The translations under genes and the position numbers were made by a program. A stretch of 64,000 nucleotides of DNA from an uncultured delta proteobacterium (lineage in GTDB: Bacteria; Desulfobacterota; Syntrophorhabdia; Syntrophorhabdales; WCHB1-27). Numbering within the stretch: the stretch's first letter is position 1; the number at the start of each line of letters is the position of its first letter. The stretch lies in the NCBI GenBank assembly GCA_963810935.1, contig CAWEPK010000003.1:96001-160000 (forward strand). The letters run 5' to 3'. The notes below the pieces were generated by a model. That model worked only from the letters and a program-made list of their open reading frames with translations, ran no database searches and was not told the origin of the DNA. Positions 59,448 through 64,000 of the stretch are shown piece by piece.

Positions 59448-59844
59448 GTGCCTCTAAATCAAAAGGTAAGATAGACCTAGGGCCATGTCAACGAGCGTTC
59501 TAGTCGATACGGGCACGCCCGGTTTGGAGAACCGGTGAGGAAAGGCACGGAGTCGACCTCGGTGTTGAACTGGGTTGTGTGTCTGCGGTCGACCCCGCAC
59601 CTTGAGCAAGGGGAAAGACGTGGGACGCTTGCGAGTTGTTCAGTCCTCTTCTCCATTGCGCGATCTTCCTGATGTCGAAGAGCATCGGGATCGCGAAGAA
59701 GAGGGACTGGCGGAATATCCAAGCCTGCTGCACTTGACACAAAACGTTAAAAATCCTGGCCATTCCGGAGGTGGCGAACAGGTTGATTACCGGGGAATAT
59801 CTTTTTTCAGTCACAATCACTTTGCACTCTTCGACTTTAACTAA

Positions 59845-59860
59845 AGCAATGGCCGTGCCA
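59845..59860 (-). promoter_or_regulatory. Sigma54 (-24/-12) promoter
   Basis: Minus strand TGGCACGGCCATTGCT matches the TGGCACG-N4-TTGCW consensus. Confidence 0.75.
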
Positions 59861-60037
59861 AAAGCGAAGATATCGTGGAAGAGGCGAAGATTACAGGCGA
59901 AACCGGGCCCCCACACCGGGTGAGGGCCTGTCAGGGCGGGAAAGAAATGTCGAAAGCGACATTTCTTATCGACACTACTGTCGATAACGGTTATCGTGGC
60001 ATACAGGCATCCCGGCGTTGGCGAAAAAGACAGGCAG

Positions 60038-60829
60038 CTATTTAATCATCGGCCAATAGCGCCCCTTTTTCTCGATCGACTCGACGGAGACTCCGTACAG
60101 GCCTTTCAGGGTTTTGGACGTGAGGATCGCCCCGGTCTCCCCCCTGGCCGCCACCCTGCCGTCCGACAGGGCCAGGGTATGGGTGAAAATCGGGAGGATT
60201 TCCTCGGGGTGGTGGGTTACGTATACGAGCGCCGGGAGGCTGCTCTTCTTGCCGAGGGACGACAGGGCGGCCAGCAACTTTTCCCTCGCGCCCAGGTCCA
60301 TGCCCGCGCACGGCTCGTCTAGTATGAGCAGGTAGGGCCGGGCCATAAGGGAGCGACAGATAAGCACTTTTTGCTGTTCCCCTTGCGATAGGCTGCCGAA
60401 TGTCTGCCTGGCAAGGCGGATGCAGCCGAGCGCCGAAAGGCGCCTGCGTGCCTCGGCCGCATCGCGGGCCGTAGGTTTCTCACCGGGGAGCGCCCAGAGT
60501 CCGAGCTGCGCGTATTTGCCCGAAATGACTGTTTCAAGGACGGTCTCGCGTACCGGTATATCTGCCTGGAGGCTCGACGTTACCCAGCCGATGCTTCTGC
60601 GCAAGGCCCCCATGTCGCTCGACGATTCCCCGTTCCGGTAGACCTTTCCGCCGGCGTTCGGCCAGAGGTATCCGCAGACGATCTTGAGGAGGGTGGTCTT
60701 CCCCGCCCCGTTCGGCCCGAGGATTGCCCAGTGCTCTCCGCGCTTTACAGCCCACGAGACGTTATCCAGGATCCTTTTCCCGTTGAGCGCGTGGCTCACG
60801 TTGCTGACATGCAGTAAAGGGGCGCCCAT
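60038..60829 (-). CDS. ABC transporter ATP-binding protein (ModF/YlmA-like)
   Basis: GEHWAILGPNGAGKTT, LSQGEQ, LDEP..G.D, VTHH.EEI. Confidence 0.85.
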   Translation of the reverse strand: MGAPLLHVSNVSHALNGKRILDNVSWAVKRGEHWAILGPNGAGKTTLLKIVCGYLWPNAGGKVYRNGESSSDMGALRRSIGWVTSSLQADIPVRETVLETVISGKYAQLGLWALPGEKPTARDAAEARRRLSALGCIRLARQTFGSLSQGEQQKVLICRSLMARPYLLILDEPCAGMDLGAREKLLAALSSLGKKSSLPALVYVTHHPEEILPIFTHTLALSDGRVAARGETGAILTSKTLKGLYGVSVESIEKKGRYWPMIK

Positions 60830-61068
60830 TAACTCTCCGTCTCTCCTGCCCCTGCCTTTTGCGTAACCAGGGGCAGCATGATTTAACACAAAAACCCCGG
60901 GTGTTTCAACAGGAGCGCTTCGAGGCGGGCCGTATAGTTGCAATCGATGGTTCTACAAAAATATACCTCGCCCCCCTGCTTTTGTTCTATAATATAGGTA
61001 ATCGGCAGCGACGCCCGGCCTTGTCAGGCGTCCGCAGATCGCATGATTTCTCTTCAGGAGCGCCTTTA

Positions 61069-62418
61069 ATGGGGAAGTTATTCGGCACTGACGGCATAAG
61101 GGGAGAAGCGAACCGCTATCCGATGAAATCGGAGATCGCCTTCGGAGTCGGGCAGGCGGTCGCCCACCTTTTGAGAAAGCAGCACCATCGGACCAGGATA
61201 GTCATAGGCAAAGATACGCGCATCTCCGGATATATGCTGGAAAGCTCGCTGGAGGCAGGCATAACCTCCATGGGCGGCCACCCCTATCTGGTCGGTGTCC
61301 TTCCCACGCCGGGTATCGCGTTTATCACTCAGAGCATGAGGGCCGATGCGGGCATAGTGATCTCCGCCTCCCACAACCCTTACGAGGACAACGGGATAAA
61401 AATATTCAGCGGCAGCGGCTTCAAGCTGAGCGACGACGAAGAGACCGCCCTGGAGGACCTTATCTTCAGCGGCGAACTCGACCGCATGCTGCCGCCCGCG
61501 CAGGAGATGGGGCAGGCATTCCGTATGGAAGACGTGAACGGCCGCTACATCGTTTTCCTGAAAAACACCTTTCCCCGCGATCTCTCAATGGAGGGGATGA
61601 AAATAGTGCTGGACGTCGCCAACGGTGCTACCTACAAGGTCGCCCCCATCTCCTTCACGGAGCTGGGCGCGCACGTCGAGGTCATCCATAACAATCCCAA
61701 CGGCCTGAATATAAACGAGTATTGCGGCTCCCAGGACACGCGCGCTTTGAGCAGGAAGGTCATTGAGACGGGCGCCGCCGTGGGGCTGGCCTTCGACGGC
61801 GACGGCGACCGCCTGATAGCCGTGGACGAAAAGGGCGATACCCTGACCGGGGATCAGATACTCTTCATCTGCGGCTTTGTCATGAAGCAGCAGGGCCTGC
61901 TGAAGAGTAACCTTATAGTAAGCACGATTATGAGCAACCTGGGCCTGAAGGCGGCATGCCGCAAGCACGGTATCGACCTTCACGCAGCCAATGTCGGCGA
62001 CCGGTACGTGCTCGAAGAGATGATCCGTCTCGGGGGCGCAGTCGGCGGCGAGGAATCGGGGCATACGATCTTCCTCGACCACCACACGACCGGGGACGGC
62101 ATCATTACGGCCATGCAGGTGGTCGCAGCAATGGCGAGGACGGGCAAGCCCCTGTCGGAGCTCGCTGCAATGATGGAAGTTTTCCCTCAGAAGCTGATCA
62201 ATATAAACGTGAAAAGCAAGCCGAGCCTCGATTCCGTGCCGGAGATCGGCCGGGCAATCCGGCAGGTCGAAAAGGAGCTTGGCGACGACGGCCGGGTACT
62301 CGTACGGTATTCGGGCACGCAAAACATGTGCCGGGTTATGGTAGAGGGGCCTTCGTCGGAGATGACGGAGAAGTATTGCAGCGGTCTGGCCGAGGTGGTC
62401 GAGGCTGCCATTGGCTGA
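61069..62418 (+). CDS. glmM: Phosphoglucosamine mutase
   Basis: LFGTDGIRG, GKDTRISGYM, SASHNP, DGDGDR, GGEESGH. Confidence 0.96.
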   Translation: MGKLFGTDGIRGEANRYPMKSEIAFGVGQAVAHLLRKQHHRTRIVIGKDTRISGYMLESSLEAGITSMGGHPYLVGVLPTPGIAFITQSMRADAGIVISASHNPYEDNGIKIFSGSGFKLSDDEETALEDLIFSGELDRMLPPAQEMGQAFRMEDVNGRYIVFLKNTFPRDLSMEGMKIVLDVANGATYKVAPISFTELGAHVEVIHNNPNGLNINEYCGSQDTRALSRKVIETGAAVGLAFDGDGDRLIAVDEKGDTLTGDQILFICGFVMKQQGLLKSNLIVSTIMSNLGLKAACRKHGIDLHAANVGDRYVLEEMIRLGGAVGGEESGHTIFLDHHTTGDGIITAMQVVAAMARTGKPLSELAAMMEVFPQKLININVKSKPSLDSVPEIGRAIRQVEKELGDDGRVLVRYSGTQNMCRVMVEGPSSEMTEKYCSGLAEVVEAAIG

Positions 62419-62537
62419 CGGTGGTTTTCCCCTGGTCGGCCGCCGCTTTTTCCGGGTTGTGACGCTCCCCCTGCATGCCTGATCCTGCCGCTAATTTACG
62501 AGCTTGTAAATACTATGACGGGCCGAGCGGTTTTGTC

Positions 62538-62596
62538 TTGACATAGTATTCTGTTGCGGATAAAATCTGCTCTTAGTTTTGTTACAATTTTCACAA
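62538..62596 (+). promoter_or_regulatory. Sigma70 promoter plus Rex-like operator
   Basis: TTGACA-17-TAAAAT (62538-62566); TTGTTACAATTTTCACAA (62579-62596). Confidence 0.6.
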
Positions 62597-62617
62597 AGTC
62601 AAAAAAGAGAGGTTCCC

Positions 62618-63370
62618 ATGAAGCTGGAAGGTAAGAACGCTGTAGTAACCGGCGGCGGGAGGGGTGTGGGCCGCGCAATCTCTTTGGCGTTTGCGCGGGA
62701 AGGCGCAAACGTGGTTGTGAATTACGCGGGTAACGAGAAAGCTGCTAAGGAAGTAGTCGGGATGATTGAGGCGATGGGCAGGAAGGCCGTCGCAGTCCAG
62801 GGCGACGTGTCTAAGTGGGAGGATGCACAGAAAATCGTCGATGCATGCGTGCAGAACTTCGGCTCGGTGCACATCGTTATCAACAACGCGGGCATATCGA
62901 AGCCGGCCATGCTTCACAAGCTGTCCGACGAGCTGTGGGACGAGGTAGTCGACATACAGATGAAAGGTCCCTGGCACTGCATCAAGGCAGCGTCCAAGTA
63001 TTTCATGGAGCAGAAGTACGGCCGGATCGTCAATGTCACGTCTGTTGCGGGCATCGTCGGGACGACGGGTCAGATCCATTACGCGGCTGCAAAAGGCGGG
63101 GTGGTAACGCTCACCAAGTCGGCCGCGCGGGAGCTTGCCCGCTATAACGTCACGGCGAATGTTATCTCCCTCGGCATCGTTACGACGGAAATGACGAGCA
63201 CCCTGCAGAGCGACGAGAAGATGAAGGAGATCTATATGCGGCGGATCCTCCTGAACAAATACGCGGAGCCTGAAGACGTTGCTCCCGCGTTCGTCTTTCT
63301 CGCTTCCGACGACGCGCGGTACATCACCGGCCAGCTCCTGTGCGTAGACGGCGGCTACGGGATGACGTAG
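62618..63370 (+). CDS. Short-chain dehydrogenase/reductase (FabG-like)
   Basis: TGGGRGVG, NNAG, YAAAK, ITGQ.L.VDGG. Confidence 0.92.
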   Translation: MKLEGKNAVVTGGGRGVGRAISLAFAREGANVVVNYAGNEKAAKEVVGMIEAMGRKAVAVQGDVSKWEDAQKIVDACVQNFGSVHIVINNAGISKPAMLHKLSDELWDEVVDIQMKGPWHCIKAASKYFMEQKYGRIVNVTSVAGIVGTTGQIHYAAAKGGVVTLTKSAARELARYNVTANVISLGIVTTEMTSTLQSDEKMKEIYMRRILLNKYAEPEDVAPAFVFLASDDARYITGQLLCVDGGYGMT

Positions 63371-63426
63371 GATTGGGGATCGCGGGGCACACGGAGTCGA
63401 AGTAAAAATAATTAGGAGGTGTTGGA

Positions 63427-64000
63427 ATGGCCGATGTACCAGGTTCAATCAAGACATGGCAAATGGTGAACCCGACCTCTAAGAACAGAGAGACGGGCGA
63501 AGTCACTGCCGGCAAGCTGCAGAAGACCGAGATACCCGTACCGGCCCTGAAAGAAGGCGAGGTGCTGGTGGAAGTCGCCGGCTGCGGGGTCTGCCACACA
63601 GACCTCGGCTACTTCTATGATGGCGTCCCTACCGTCAACAAGCCGCCGCTGACGCTGGGACACGAGATCAGCGGGACGGTCGTGGCGGGCGACGCCGCGT
63701 GGATCGGGAAAGAGGTCATAATACCTGCCGTTATGCCGTGCAGGCAGTGCATCCTTTGCAAGACGGGCAGGGGCAACAGGTGCCTCGTCCAGAAAATGCC
63801 CGGCAACAGCCTGGGCATCTACGGCGGTTTTTCCAGCCACATACCCGTACCATCGATCGACCTTTGCCTGGTCGCCGATAAGATGGGGTACAAGCTGGAG
63901 CAGCTTTCCGTTATAGCGGACGCAGTGACCACGCCTTACCAGGCGTCGAAGAGGGCCGACCTCCAGTTCGGCGACAACGTCATCGTCATAGGCGCGACGG
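63427..64000 (+). CDS. had: 6-hydroxycyclohex-1-ene-1-carbonyl-CoA dehydrogenase (benzoyl-CoA pathway), 3'-truncated; absent from ORF track
   Basis: Own translation: MADVPGSIKTWQMV...GCGVCHTDLGYFYDGV...LGHEISG...PAVMPC..C..C..GRGNRC..QKMPGN; SD AGGAGG. Confidence 0.85.
   Translation, partial: MADVPGSIKTWQMVNPTSKNRETGEVTAGKLQKTEIPVPALKEGEVLVEVAGCGVCHTDLGYFYDGVPTVNKPPLTLGHEISGTVVAGDAAWIGKEVIIPAVMPCRQCILCKTGRGNRCLVQKMPGNSLGIYGGFSSHIPVPSIDLCLVADKMGYKLEQLSVIADAVTTPYQASKRADLQFGDNVIVIGAT

Noticed and set aside
1..64000. CRISPR array, tRNA/rRNA, prophage or transposase
   Set aside because: No regularly spaced repeats, cloverleafs or phage/transposase motifs seen by eye

Overview
A GC-rich chromosomal window from an anaerobic Gram-negative bacterium, probably a Desulfobacterota/Syntrophorhabdus-like aromatic degrader (inferred from the benzoyl-CoA pathway gene had/bamQ at the right edge, the DUF3786 proteins and lpxC). 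Housekeeping blocks include priA, carD-PIN/TRAM-ispD-ispF plus a two-component system, htpX-rsmB-PASTA-rpe, glmM, and a long minus-strand run (queD-folE2-yqeC-moeA-moeA/PBP-moaA-moaC-MOSC-mog-rimO-lysS-lolE-lolD). Accessory content includes an Xre-RES toxin-antitoxin pair, an orphan nucleotidyltransferase, a low-GC methyltransferase and a CzcCBA-type efflux operon. Highlights: (1) a receiver-domain/LpxC fusion, suggesting phosphorylation control of lipid A synthesis; (2) an EgtD-type methyltransferase plus a molybdopterin-enzyme/cysteine-desulfurase fusion, matching anaerobic MES-type ergothioneine synthesis; (3) a modular ~160-325 bp repeat in three copies, two of which bracket a low-GC gene as inverted repeats; (4) a PriA lacking helicase motifs; (5) a sigma54 activator with a winged-helix-like C-terminus; (6) a convergent ECF sigma / zinc anti-sigma-protease-TPR pair; (7) an RGPP-ending ORF upstream of the metal efflux operon; (8) two sigma54 promoters with palindromic upstream arrays. 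About a dozen small frameshifts look like long-read errors, and about half fall on AGCT sites. No rRNA, tRNA, CRISPR array or transposase was seen. All calls come from reading the sequence by eye; no searches were run.
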